A stretch of 64,000 nucleotides of DNA from a virus: positions 1 to 64,000 of the IMG/VR virus record IMGVR_UViG_3300043427_003501; one strand, written 5' to 3'. Position 1 is the first letter of the stretch, and each line of letters opens with the position of its first letter. Positions 34,548 to 44,310 of the stretch are shown here, piece after piece. A program made the translations under genes and the position numbers. The notes below the pieces were generated by a model that was not told the DNA's origin, did no database searches, and saw only the letters and a list, made by a program, of their open reading frames with translations.

Positions 34548-35794
34548 TGACACTTCGAGCCAACCTCACCCTGCATCCGAAGCAGATGGAGGTGTACCGC
34601 TCAAAGGCGCGGTACCGAGTAGTCGTGGCCGGACGACGCTGGGGCAAGACCGCGCTTTCGCGGGTGCTCATCATCAAAAAGGCGCAAAAGCCTAAGCAGA
34701 AAATCTGGTATGTGGCGCCTACGTACAAGATGGCCAAGCAGATTATGTGGCTTGACCTGCTAGATGCGATTCCACGCAAATGGATTCGAAAGATCAACGA
34801 GACATCTTTGTCCATTACGTTGATCAACAACACGCGAATCGAACTAAAAGGCGCAGACAAGCCTGATTCACTTCGAGGCGTGGGTATTCATTTCCTGGTG
34901 CTCGATGAGTTTCAGGACATGGCTGAAGAGGTTTGGACCCTAGTTCTGCGACCGACGCTCGCAGACACCGGAGGAGATGCGATCTTTATCGGCACTCCAA
35001 AGGCTTACAACTACCTGTATGAGCTGTACAAAAACGGTCAGAATCCCAAGATGGTTGCCAGCAACCTGTGGGAGTCTTGGCAGTTTCCGACCATTACCTC
35101 TCCATTCATTCCGCTCAGCGAAATCGAAGCCGCTCGACAGGACATGGATGAGAAGAGCTTCAAGCAGGAGTTTGAAGCCTCGTTCGAGACAATGTCCGGA
35201 AGGGTGTACTACCCGTTCGAGCGAAGCACTCACGTTCAAAAGTTGGAGTTCAATCCAAAGCTGCCCATTTGGGTTGGCATGGACTTCAACATCGACCCGA
35301 TGTCAACAGTCATCTTTCAGCCTCAAAACAATCGTGAGGAGCTCTGGGCAGTCGATGAGATCGTTCTATTTGGTTCCAATACCGAAGAGGTATGTGAGGA
35401 GCTCGAGAAGCGCTATTGGCGCAACCAGGGGCTCATTGTGATGTACCCAGACCCTGCCGGCGGTCAGCGCCAGCATGCTCGCGGTGAAACCGATATGGAC
35501 ATCTTGCGGGAAAAGGGCTTCAAGCGGATCAAGTACCGTCGCAAACACCCAATGGTGGCAGACCGGGTAAATGCAGTCAATCGCATGCTACGTGATGCAA
35601 CTGGAAAGATTCGACTCAAAATTGATCCAAAATGCAAGCACTTTATCAATGCGCTGGAACAGACAATCTACAAGCGTGGCACGCGAGAGGTTGATAAGAC
35701 GTTGGGACTAGAGCACTCGGCGGACGCCGGCGGTTACTGCATCGAGCTTGAGTTCCCAGTTCGTAAGGTGGAAATTGGCGGGTTGTCAATATAA
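34547..35794 (+). CDS. terL: terminase large subunit
   Basis: LHPKQ, AGRRWGKT, YVAPTY, LVLDEF, GTPK, GMDFN, DPAG. Confidence 0.93.
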   Translation: MTLRANLTLHPKQMEVYRSKARYRVVVAGRRWGKTALSRVLIIKKAQKPKQKIWYVAPTYKMAKQIMWLDLLDAIPRKWIRKINETSLSITLINNTRIELKGADKPDSLRGVGIHFLVLDEFQDMAEEVWTLVLRPTLADTGGDAIFIGTPKAYNYLYELYKNGQNPKMVASNLWESWQFPTITSPFIPLSEIEAARQDMDEKSFKQEFEASFETMSGRVYYPFERSTHVQKLEFNPKLPIWVGMDFNIDPMSTVIFQPQNNREELWAVDEIVLFGSNTEEVCEELEKRYWRNQGLIVMYPDPAGGQRQHARGETDMDILREKGFKRIKYRRKHPMVADRVNAVNRMLRDATGKIRLKIDPKCKHFINALEQTIYKRGTREVDKTLGLEHSADAGGYCIELEFPVRKVEIGGLSI

Positions 35795-35798
35795 GGCG

Positions 35799-35827
35799 TT
35801 GACTAACTCAGTAGTGACGTATAAGAT
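35799..35827 (+). promoter_or_regulatory. portal promoter with operator in the spacer
   Basis: TTGACT-17-TAAGAT enclosing ACTCAGTAGTGACG. Confidence 0.65.
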
Positions 35828-35841
35828 AGGAGCCTCAAAAC

Positions 35842-37446
35842 ATGGCAACTGTACTGAAACCAGGCGAATCCTTCGTCATTGACCCGGCATCTGCTGGAGG
35901 CTCAATTGCGCCGATGACGGACGATCAGAAGCTACTTCGACGCTTGATTGAGCGCCGACACCCCGACTACGCGGAAAAAGTAGCACATTGGGACTTTCTT
36001 GAAGACACCTATGAAGGTGGACGAGAGTGGTTTACCGACAACATCTTCCGCTACATCAAGGAAGGTGACACTGAGTTTGCAGACAGGCTGACTCGAGCCT
36101 ACCGATTCAACCACTCTCGCGAAGTGGTGGACTTGCTGAACAAGTACCTGTTCAAGCAAAACATCCAGCGCAACGAGACAGATGCGCCCGAATCGGTTCG
36201 CCGCTTCTGGAAAAAGGCAACTCGCAACGGTCTGGGGATCAAAGACTTTTCGCGTCAGATTTCCAAAAAAGCGTCAATCTATGGCCGCATTGGTATCGTG
36301 ATTGATACCAACAACGGCCAAAACGGCGAACTTGTAATAACAAAGGCTGACGAAAAGCGGTCTGGCGTATCGGTCTATGCTTACACGGTAGGGCCGGAAC
36401 AGTTGCTGGACTACGCTTTTGACGAACAGGGCGCTCTGGAGTGGATTTTGATCCTCGAGAACGTGCGTGACGCCATCGATCCCATGAATTCGTCAGGCGA
36501 CGAGAAAGAGCGCTTCAGGCTCTGGACCAAGACTGAGTGGCGACTGTTTGAAGAGGTCAAGCAGGGTCGAAAGAAGGTCGTTGTTGAAGTCGCAAGCGGC
36601 GTTCACGGACTGGGTATCGTGCCGGTTGTGCTGGCCGACAACATCATCTCCGACGAAGAATACTGCGCGCAGTCGCTGATTGACGAAATTGCGTACCTGG
36701 ATCGAGCCGTTGCCAATTACCTCTCGAACTTGGACGCCATCATTCAGGATCAGACTTTCTCGCAGCTGGCCATGCCGGCGCAGAACGTGCTGCCGGGTGA
36801 AGACAACTACACCAAGCTCACCGAGATGGGCACCAAGCGCATCTTTCTGTATGACGGGGAGGGCGGGGCTCAACCCTTCTACCTGTCTCCCGATCCAAAA
36901 CAGGCACAGATGATCCTGGCGGTGATCAACAAGATCATCTCGGAGATTTACCACACGGTCGGACTGGCAGGCGAGCGCACCAAGCAAGACAACGCCGTAG
37001 GTATCGACAACTCATCCGGTGTGGCCAAGGCATACGACTTCGAACGAGTCAACGCGCTTCTGGCAGCCAAGGCGGATTCGCTGGAAGTTATCGAGAACAA
37101 GATCACGGCCATTGTGGCTCGATGGAGTGGCGAAGACGGGAGTATCGACTCCGATCTGGTGACTTACCCTGACGATTTCGACACCCGTGGGCTGTACGAC
37201 GAGTTTGACATTGCGGCTCGACTGATGTTGATTGGAGCACCTGATCCGATTCGTCAGGAGCAGATGAAATCGGTGTTGGACAAATTGTTCCCGCAACTTG
37301 CTAAAGACTTGCGGGCAAAAATGGAAGCGGAGCTGAAAAAGTGGCCGCCCGATCCGGCAGAACTGACGCAAAGTCCAGATGGACCCAAAAGCGCAGTGAA
37401 GCCCAAAACGAATCAAGGGGCAGTCGGCCCTGAGAACGGAGAGTAA
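35842..37446 (+). CDS. portal protein
   Basis: 534 aa after terL; HPDY...YEGG, RLTRA..FN, SGVAKAYDF. Confidence 0.85.
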   Translation: MATVLKPGESFVIDPASAGGSIAPMTDDQKLLRRLIERRHPDYAEKVAHWDFLEDTYEGGREWFTDNIFRYIKEGDTEFADRLTRAYRFNHSREVVDLLNKYLFKQNIQRNETDAPESVRRFWKKATRNGLGIKDFSRQISKKASIYGRIGIVIDTNNGQNGELVITKADEKRSGVSVYAYTVGPEQLLDYAFDEQGALEWILILENVRDAIDPMNSSGDEKERFRLWTKTEWRLFEEVKQGRKKVVVEVASGVHGLGIVPVVLADNIISDEEYCAQSLIDEIAYLDRAVANYLSNLDAIIQDQTFSQLAMPAQNVLPGEDNYTKLTEMGTKRIFLYDGEGGAQPFYLSPDPKQAQMILAVINKIISEIYHTVGLAGERTKQDNAVGIDNSSGVAKAYDFERVNALLAAKADSLEVIENKITAIVARWSGEDGSIDSDLVTYPDDFDTRGLYDEFDIAARLMLIGAPDPIRQEQMKSVLDKLFPQLAKDLRAKMEAELKKWPPDPAELTQSPDGPKSAVKPKTNQGAVGPENGE

Positions 37447-37518
37447 TCTCCGGCCGACAAGAGACTGTCGGTATTTTTAACTCCATGACCAAGCGAACGG
37501 TCGGAAAGGTTCTAGACG

Positions 37519-38409
37519 ATGTTTCATCTAACACGAAATGTGGCCATGAAGTACCAAGCTCCCGAAAACGGGGGTGAAGGTGGTTCTGGTGGTGGCGGTG
37601 GTTCTGGAGACGGCGGTGACGCCGCAGCCGCCGCAAAAGCTGCAGAAGAAGCCGCAAAGAAGGCAGCTGACGAAGCGGCAGCCAAAAAGGCAGCTGATGA
37701 CGCTGCCGCCGCAGCCGGCAACAAGAAGCCCACCGATGAGGAGGCTCGGTTGCTCAAGGAGAGCATGAAGCGCAAAGAAGCTCTTGACAAGGCAAATGCC
37801 GACCTCAAGGCTGCTCAAGAGGCGCTCAAGAAGTTCGACGGCATCGATGCTGATGCCGTGCGGAAAATGTTGGCCGATCAGAAGTCGGCCGAAGATAAGG
37901 CGCTAGAAGCCAAAGGCGACTGGGATCGTCTGAAGACGCGCATGGCTGAAGAGCACGGCAAAGAGATCACTACGCTGCAAGATCAGATCAAGCAATTGAC
38001 AGAGGAGCTCGGCAAGACGAAGGGCACCATCAAGGACTTGAGTATTGGCACTCAGTTCTCTCAATCGAAGTTCATCTCTGACGAGTTGACACTGACGGCA
38101 GCCAAAGCTCGAGTGATCTATGGAGATCACTTTGATGTGGAAGACGGCAAAATCGTTGGCTATGACAAGCCGCGTGGCGCACAGAACCGAACAGCAATTG
38201 TTGATCAGTATGGAAACGCCGTTGGCTTTGAAGATGCGCTGAAGAAGATTGTCGAAGCCGATCCCGAGAAAGATCATCTGCTGAAGAGCAAGATGAAGCC
38301 GGGTGCGGGTTCGGATAGCAAGAAACCCAGCGGTGCTGTAAAGACGGAAATTCCTACTGATGGAATCTCAAAGATTGCCTCAGGCTTGAAAGGTTTGAAG
38401 GTATTTTGA
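37519..38409 (+). CDS. capsid scaffolding protein
   Basis: Coiled-coil, Ala/Lys-rich protein with a KPGAGS tail, between portal and capsid. Confidence 0.75.
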   Translation: MFHLTRNVAMKYQAPENGGEGGSGGGGGSGDGGDAAAAAKAAEEAAKKAADEAAAKKAADDAAAAAGNKKPTDEEARLLKESMKRKEALDKANADLKAAQEALKKFDGIDADAVRKMLADQKSAEDKALEAKGDWDRLKTRMAEEHGKEITTLQDQIKQLTEELGKTKGTIKDLSIGTQFSQSKFISDELTLTAAKARVIYGDHFDVEDGKIVGYDKPRGAQNRTAIVDQYGNAVGFEDALKKIVEADPEKDHLLKSKMKPGAGSDSKKPSGAVKTEIPTDGISKIASGLKGLKVF

Positions 38410-38424
38410 TTGCAAAGAGAGGTA

Positions 38425-38466
38425 AGTCACGAATGACTTGCCTTTCTTGGCAATATGTGTTATAGT
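38425..38466 (+). promoter_or_regulatory. operator plus promoter of the major capsid gene
   Basis: AGTCACGAATGACT abutting TTGCCT-17-TATAGT. Confidence 0.75.
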
Positions 38467-38536
38467 TCTGCATCATCGGTGACTTAGAGCGACGTAAGAG
38501 CCGAGACATTGAATTCAACCTCTGAAAGGAAATGAA

Positions 38537-39448
38537 ATGGCTCTTCTGAAAGCCGAAGCTGAAAAGCTGTCGAATAACCAGCTCGTCGCTGGCGTGATCG
38601 AGCAGATCATCGACCGTGACGACCTGTTCGCCGTGCTGCCCTTCTCGCAAGTGAATGGCAAGGCATATGTGTACAACCGCGAGAACACTCTGGCTGGCGC
38701 TGACTGGCTGGACCCCAACGAGGCGATCAACGAGAGCGCCTCGACGTTCACTGAGGTCGTGGCAAAGCTGCGTATCCTGGCTGGTGACGTTGATGTGGAC
38801 AAGTTCCTGCAGTCTACGATGGGCGACACGAATGACCAGATGGCCATTCAGATCGCACAAAAGGCCAAGGGCGTTGCCCGTGCCTTCCATCAGACGCTCG
38901 CCAAGGGCAATGCGACTACGAACGCCAAGGAGTTCGACGGTCTGCCTCAGCTGGCTGTGGCCGCTGGTGGCACCCAGACCGTGACTGCTGGTGCGAACGG
39001 CGCTGCGCTGACCCTGACGATGCTGGACGAGCTGGTTGACGCTGTGCCGAACGGCCCGGACGTCATCGTGATGCGTCGTGGCACCATCCGTGCGTTCCGT
39101 GCTCTGTTGCGCGCCACTTACGGCACTGACGCCGTGATGCAGCAGCTGGAGAACTTCGGTCGCCCGATGCTGACCCACAACGGCATCCCCATCATCATGA
39201 ATGAGTGGCTGGCTTCTGACGAGACTCAAGGTTCCTCGAGCGCTACTTGCTCGGTGTACGCCCTGCGTCTGAACGAGCTGGACGGTCTGCATGGTCTGTA
39301 CGGTGGCGGTAGCGCTGGTATCGTGGTCGAGAACATCGGCACGGTGCAAAACAAGGACGCAACCCGTCTGCGTATGAAGTGGTACACCGGCCTGGCCCTG
39401 AAGAGCACCCGCTCTATCGGTCGCCTGAAGGGTGTGACCAACGTGTAA
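38537..39448 (+). CDS. major capsid protein (HK97 fold)
   Basis: 303 aa, strongly biased codons; LPF..VNG.AYVYNRE, GDVDVDKF, EFDGL, R.KWYTGLA. Confidence 0.9.
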   Translation: MALLKAEAEKLSNNQLVAGVIEQIIDRDDLFAVLPFSQVNGKAYVYNRENTLAGADWLDPNEAINESASTFTEVVAKLRILAGDVDVDKFLQSTMGDTNDQMAIQIAQKAKGVARAFHQTLAKGNATTNAKEFDGLPQLAVAAGGTQTVTAGANGAALTLTMLDELVDAVPNGPDVIVMRRGTIRAFRALLRATYGTDAVMQQLENFGRPMLTHNGIPIIMNEWLASDETQGSSSATCSVYALRLNELDGLHGLYGGGSAGIVVENIGTVQNKDATRLRMKWYTGLALKSTRSIGRLKGVTNV

Positions 39449-39449
39449 G

Positions 39450-39506
39450 TTGTGCATCAGTCACGACTGACATAAAATAGGGCGGGTTCAAAAGACCCGC
39501 CCTTTT
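39450..39506 (+). promoter_or_regulatory. promoter with operator, followed by a terminator hairpin
   Basis: TTGTGC-17-TAAAAT enclosing AGTCACGACTGACA; GGGCGGGT-TCAAAAG-ACCCGCCC-TTTT. Confidence 0.7.
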
Positions 39507-39527
39507 CATTTGCAGGAGAGATAACGC

Positions 39528-39773
39528 ATGAAAGTCAAACTTACTCAAGCTGGAATGGAGACATACAGCGGTCTGCTGGGGGATGTCGTCTTTCAAGACG
39601 GCGTGTCGAGCACAGAACTTAGCGCCGCACAAGTGGCTGCTCTTCTGAGCATCTATGTGGGTGAAATCATGAATGGTGAAGATTCGGAAGTTGCTGGCGC
39701 TGTCGTCGAGCTCGCAGGAGCAGCCAGTGCAGTTGTTGGCGAACCCGAAGTTGAAACAGAGGAAAGCGAATGA
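39528..39773 (+). CDS. virion-associated hypothetical protein (paralog of the next gene)
   Basis: MKVKLTQAGMETYSG..G.V.FQDGVS. Confidence 0.65.
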   Translation: MKVKLTQAGMETYSGLLGDVVFQDGVSSTELSAAQVAALLSIYVGEIMNGEDSEVAGAVVELAGAASAVVGEPEVETEESE

Positions 39774-40225
39774 AGTTGCGCCTGACTCAAGCAGGGTTCG
39801 AGAACTACACCGGCCAGATGGGCGTGGTGTGGTTCGAGAACGGCCTATCCACAACCGATGTTCTGCCAATTGACGGCATTCGTATCTCGGCGGCTCTTGG
39901 AGCGGTATGGGATGACGGGTCAGCCGCAAACGTAGGTCAGATGTACCTCAACAACATGGAGGTACCTGCGTTCGTCGGCATGGCAGACAACCAGGCAAAG
40001 GCACCCGAACCCGTGGCGCCTGTCGAGACCGTAAAGCAAGCGCTGGGAGAGCCCGACGGCGGTCTCGTCACCTACACCGAGGAAATGCTGGCCAAGATTG
40101 CCGACGAGAAGGGCATTGGCGGCGTGCGGGAAGTGGGCGACAAGTTGGGAGTCAAGGGAACTTCCATTGTCGGTCTGATTGCCGCAATCCTCAAAGCTCA
40201 GGCATCTCAGCCTAAAGCGGAGTAA
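39770..40225 (+). CDS. virion-associated hypothetical protein
   Basis: MKLRLTQAGFENYTGQMG.V.FENGLS plus a C-terminal helical domain. Confidence 0.7.
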   Translation: MKLRLTQAGFENYTGQMGVVWFENGLSTTDVLPIDGIRISAALGAVWDDGSAANVGQMYLNNMEVPAFVGMADNQAKAPEPVAPVETVKQALGEPDGGLVTYTEEMLAKIADEKGIGGVREVGDKLGVKGTSIVGLIAAILKAQASQPKAE

Positions 40226-40231
40226 CGGCAT

Positions 40232-41083
40232 ATGGCGCTCGACGTCTTTCTAGTCAACACCGAAGTCACGCTCGCCATCGATCTGGTCGATGACGCAGGC
40301 AATGCGCTGACTGTAGATTCGGTAGCCTATCGAGTCGTCGATCAAGATGGCGTAGTAAAGGTTGCCCAAACCAACCTCACCACGTTTACCGCTGGCGACC
40401 CGCAAGCGACTGTAATTGTGGCAGCCAGCGTCAATCAAATGGCGCTGGGCAACACCCGTGAGATCAGAAGCGTCGAGCTAATCTGCGACACCGAAAGTGG
40501 GACGATCGGCTTTGCGAAGACTTACGGGCTGGAGACTCTTGCGCCCCTAGTCACGGGCGCCAACAGCTTTCAGACTTTTCCGATGGCTGAGCTTACAGCG
40601 ATGGATATGCCCAACCTCGACGGTTGGGAGAGCGCATCAGAGCAAAGCAAGGTTCGGGCGCTCATCGACGCTCGTGAGCACATCTGCCAGCTGAACTTCA
40701 ACCTGTTGAACTCCAACGCAAACTTTGGCCAGGACCAGCTCGCATACGTTCCGGAAGGGCAATACCAGTCCTCTTACGTGGCGCAAAACAGCCTGTTCAT
40801 CTTCAACGGCGATCTGGGCATTCTGAATGAAACTCAGTACGCCGCATTGCCAGACCGTTTCAAGAAGGCGTTGCGTCAGGCTCAGGTTGCTGAGGCAAAT
40901 GCGATTCTGGGTGGCGACAGCAATGAATCGCGCCGTCAAAGCGGCATCATTGAAGATGAAATTGGCGAATCGCGCCAGAAGTATCGAGACTCAAAACCGC
41001 TGCAGCTGCCGGTATGCCGTCGAGCTCTCGGCTACTTGAGTGGCTACGTCACCTTTGCCAAGCGTATCGGTCGTGCGGGATGA
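40232..41083 (+). CDS. head-tail adaptor-like protein
   Basis: Position after the capsid gene; GANSF...ALIDA...ALRQAQVAEA...IGES. Confidence 0.6.
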   Translation: MALDVFLVNTEVTLAIDLVDDAGNALTVDSVAYRVVDQDGVVKVAQTNLTTFTAGDPQATVIVAASVNQMALGNTREIRSVELICDTESGTIGFAKTYGLETLAPLVTGANSFQTFPMAELTAMDMPNLDGWESASEQSKVRALIDAREHICQLNFNLLNSNANFGQDQLAYVPEGQYQSSYVAQNSLFIFNGDLGILNETQYAALPDRFKKALRQAQVAEANAILGGDSNESRRQSGIIEDEIGESRQKYRDSKPLQLPVCRRALGYLSGYVTFAKRIGRAG

Positions 41084-41754
41084 CTTACGATCAATTCGGC
41101 ATCGATGCTCGGCGCGAGTATGACCTGTTCATATTTGCGTTGACTGGCCGATATTTGGCTCTAGTTGCTCCTGGAGTATCTCCAACTCCATTCTCGATCA
41201 ACCAGTTGAAAAACTCTGGAATGGCGCTACGCCAGTCCTACCTTCAGAGTAGCAAGCTCTCTATTGAGGATTACGTTCGAGCCTACCCATCTGAAAAAGC
41301 TCAAGCGCTGGCAAGTGAATGGCAGGCAAAGATTGCTCGCTTCACCATGGAAAATATCGCCAGCTTGGTGTTGAAGATGAAGGGAAGAGATCGATCGGAG
41401 CTCAGCTTGTTAGGTAATGCGCATGGTGCCGTAGGTCGCCTTCTTCAGGCAAAGCTAACGGAGCCTCAATACGAGATAACCACGGCAAGTGGTCGTCGCT
41501 ACAAGGCAAGCCCGTTAATGGAGGCCGAGGCTCGCGACTTCGCCTATCGAGTTTGGCTGGAAGCAAACCTGCAAATAATCTCGCAGCAGAGTGATTTGGC
41601 CGAGGTGGCTTATACCTCTCCGGAACACGAAGGCAATGGTCGCGTCTTCTCAATCTCAGGCCAAGATTCTCGCTTCCCTTCTTTCGCCGAGATCAAAGAC
41701 CAAGTCTTCCATTACAACGCCACCGCAATGGTGAAGCCCCATGTTCTTTCCTAA
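41080..41754 (+). CDS. hypothetical morphogenesis protein
   Basis: ATGA-coupled within the head-tail block. Confidence 0.6.
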   Translation: MTYDQFGIDARREYDLFIFALTGRYLALVAPGVSPTPFSINQLKNSGMALRQSYLQSSKLSIEDYVRAYPSEKAQALASEWQAKIARFTMENIASLVLKMKGRDRSELSLLGNAHGAVGRLLQAKLTEPQYEITTASGRRYKASPLMEAEARDFAYRVWLEANLQIISQQSDLAEVAYTSPEHEGNGRVFSISGQDSRFPSFAEIKDQVFHYNATAMVKPHVLS

Positions 41755-42085
41755 CAAAACCTGCATCATCAGCGTAGCTTCCGGCAAAACGGATGTCTAT
41801 GGCCAACCTCTTCCAGGGCGAAAGGTGTCAGAAGGCTGTGCTGTTGTGCGGTTGCAACTAAACAATATAAAGACATCGGTTCGTACCGACAGCTCTGCTT
41901 CCCGAGGTAATGCAATGGAGCTGGTTACGGACGCTTTGTTGTTGCTGTCTCGCAACACTGTTGCCAATATTGACGATGTGATTGAGATCGAAGGAGCCAA
42001 GCTGCGAGTTATTTCCAAGCACCCGCGATATTCAGTGAATGGAAAGCTGGATCACTACGAGATTGGCGCAATTACCTGGAGCTAA
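41741..42085 (+). CDS. head-closure-like protein
   Basis: DVYGQP N-terminal motif, 114 aa, position. Confidence 0.6.
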   Translation: MFFPNKTCIISVASGKTDVYGQPLPGRKVSEGCAVVRLQLNNIKTSVRTDSSASRGNAMELVTDALLLLSRNTVANIDDVIEIEGAKLRVISKHPRYSVNGKLDHYEIGAITWS

Positions 42086-42087
42086 AC

Positions 42088-42480
42088 ATGGACTTGATGC
42101 CGATCGCAAATAAGCTGGAATATGAAGGTTTGGGCGTACCTGGCAAGACGTTGTTCGTCAATTTCATGCCAATGGAATGCAAAGAGGGAATTTTGCTTCG
42201 TAGCCCATTGGCGGGCACAAATGTCGATCATGAGCTTCCGGGGTACTACAAGACCGAGTTTTCGCTGATTGTCAGGTCACATCAATTCACCAATGCTGGA
42301 GCTTTGGCGCAAGAGGCGATGACGACACTGTGCCTTGCCGAACAGATGCTTGATGATCTGTATATCCACTACTTGCGCCCCAAGAAACTACCTGTGGCTT
42401 TTCCAGTCTCTGATGGCAACTACTACGAGGTAATGGTTGTCTTTGAGGTGGTCTACGTAGGCGCAACCTATGGGCATTGA
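42088..42480 (+). CDS. tail terminator-like protein
   Basis: GKTLFVNFMP pattern, size and position. Confidence 0.55.
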   Translation: MDLMPIANKLEYEGLGVPGKTLFVNFMPMECKEGILLRSPLAGTNVDHELPGYYKTEFSLIVRSHQFTNAGALAQEAMTTLCLAEQMLDDLYIHYLRPKKLPVAFPVSDGNYYEVMVVFEVVYVGATYGH

Positions 42481-42937
42481 GTTTGGTGGCTTTGAGGAGC
42501 TACAGGCTAATATTCGGCAAATAGGCCCACGCGCCGAAAGAGCCGTCACGCGCCAGATGCGCTTTGAGGCGTATCGGATGCGAGACCTTGCACGCAAGTT
42601 TGCTCCTATCGATGAAGGCCCGCTCGAGGAAGCTATCGAAGTCAAGGAAGAAGGTGGCGGGCGCGATAGTCGAGGCAGATTTGCTCGCGTGAGTTACACG
42701 GTCTATGTGGACACCGACGCCTACGGCTCTCATGGTGCTTTCGTCGGCGAGTACGCCTACATCATGCACGAGCATCTCGCCCCTTATGGAAGTTACAAGC
42801 TCGGCAAGAGATCGCGTGAGAAGCAGTCTGGCCAGTCTGAGATGGTTGGGGGACGCTACCTGGAACGTGCGGCAGCCGAAGTTTCAGATGGCATCATGAA
42901 TCGATTGATCGAAGTCACGCGAAGAGAGCTTTACTAA
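42470..42937 (+). CDS. HK97 gp10-like tail completion protein
   Basis: GFEEL..NI, APIDEGPLEEAI, YAYIMHE, RYLERA. Confidence 0.7.
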   Translation: MGIEFGGFEELQANIRQIGPRAERAVTRQMRFEAYRMRDLARKFAPIDEGPLEEAIEVKEEGGGRDSRGRFARVSYTVYVDTDAYGSHGAFVGEYAYIMHEHLAPYGSYKLGKRSREKQSGQSEMVGGRYLERAAAEVSDGIMNRLIEVTRRELY

Positions 42938-43029
42938 TCTCTGGACTTTGCACAAAGTTTGTGCTATAGTGCGCCCTACCGCTGAAGTCAAACACGACTG
43001 ACTTCCACCCCTTTGCAAAGGAGTTCCGA

Positions 43030-43896
43030 ATGCCTTCCAGCACCAAAAATGTGAAACTTGGCGTCTGCCAAGTCTTCTTCGACGGCGTAGACCTGGGATA
43101 CACCCAAGGTGGCGTCGAGGTCACCGTGTCTACTGAGACCCACAAGGTCAATGTCGATCAATTCGGCAAGAGCACGATCAACGAATACATTCTGGGTCGT
43201 GAAGTCATGGCCAAGGTGCCGATGGCCGAGACCACGCTGGAGAACATGGTTGCGATCATGCCTGGCGCTACGCTGACTCAGTCGGGTGGCACCGCCGCTT
43301 CCGGTACGATCACTTTCGCGACCTCCGCTTCTGTGGCCAATGACACTGTGACCGTCAATGGCGTAGTGTTTACCTGCAAGGCCGTTCCCGCGACAGCATA
43401 CGAGTTCGCTCCTGGCGCCTCGTTCACAGCCTCCGCTCAGAACCTGGCTGCCGTGCTGCAGGCTTCGACCGATCCCAAGGTTGCCATTGCTTCTTACACA
43501 CTGGCTGGCGCTGTGATCACCGTCAAGTACGGCTCTGAGCTCCAGTACGGTACGACCGGCAAGCAAGGTACTGAAGGCAACAGCTTCACGCTGGCAAAGA
43601 GCGGCACCAACGTGACCGTGTCTGGCGCGACATTGACTGGCGGCGTTGAGCCCACCTCTGTGTCTGTGGCTGTGAGCACCGGCATCGGTACCGACCTGCT
43701 GGCCGTTGCCAAGGAACTGCGCTTCCATCCGACTACCAAGGCTTCGACCGACAAGTCTGACGACTTCGCGATTCCCCTGGCGGCCACTGCTGGCGCTCTG
43801 ACCTTCGCTTACAAGCTGGAGAACGAGCGTATTTACAACGTGGACTTCATGGGTTATCCGGACTCCACCGGCAAGCTCTTTACAGTGGGTGCATAA
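43030..43896 (+). CDS. major tail (tube) protein
   Basis: NVKLGVC.V.F..VDLGYTQGGVEV; Ig-like insertion; biased codons. Confidence 0.8.
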   Translation: MPSSTKNVKLGVCQVFFDGVDLGYTQGGVEVTVSTETHKVNVDQFGKSTINEYILGREVMAKVPMAETTLENMVAIMPGATLTQSGGTAASGTITFATSASVANDTVTVNGVVFTCKAVPATAYEFAPGASFTASAQNLAAVLQASTDPKVAIASYTLAGAVITVKYGSELQYGTTGKQGTEGNSFTLAKSGTNVTVSGATLTGGVEPTSVSVAVSTGIGTDLLAVAKELRFHPTTKASTDKSDDFAIPLAATAGALTFAYKLENERIYNVDFMGYPDSTGKLFTVGA

Positions 43897-43900
43897 AGTA

Positions 43901-43956
43901 GTTCACAACTGACTCACCTGCTGTAGAATAAGCCTCGCCTAGTGCGAGGCTTTTTC
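43901..43956 (+). promoter_or_regulatory. operator-like site, TAGAAT box and terminator hairpin
   Basis: GTTCACAACTGACT; AAGCCTCGC-CTAGT-GCGAGGCTT-TTT. Confidence 0.6.
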
Positions 43957-43980
43957 ATTTCTGGAGCTACAAGGAGTCAC

Positions 43981-44310
43981 ATGACGAAACTACTCAATCT
44001 GAACCAATTGAGCCCGAAGGAAGTTCGGGAAGTTCAAATTGGAGACAAGACCTATTCTTTGAAAGAAATGTCCGTCGAAGATTTCATCGAGACGACAAAA
44101 GTTGCTGAAGCAATGGAGAGTGAGACTTCATATGCCAAGCAACTGACGGCAACAATCACTCTGGTCAAGCGCTCTATTCCGGAGATTGACGAGACGATCC
44201 TTCTGAACCTGTCTTTGGAGCAACTGCAGGCTCTGACAGCATTCATTCGAGGCGCAAGTCCCGAAGAGCTGATCAAGCCTAAGGAAGAGGTCGAGCAGGG
44301 AAACGCTTAA
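43981..44310 (+). CDS. tail assembly chaperone (gpG-like)
   Basis: SD AAGGAG; between tail tube and TMP; ends over a slippery site. Confidence 0.8.
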   Translation: MTKLLNLNQLSPKEVREVQIGDKTYSLKEMSVEDFIETTKVAEAMESETSYAKQLTATITLVKRSIPEIDETILLNLSLEQLQALTAFIRGASPEELIKPKEEVEQGNA

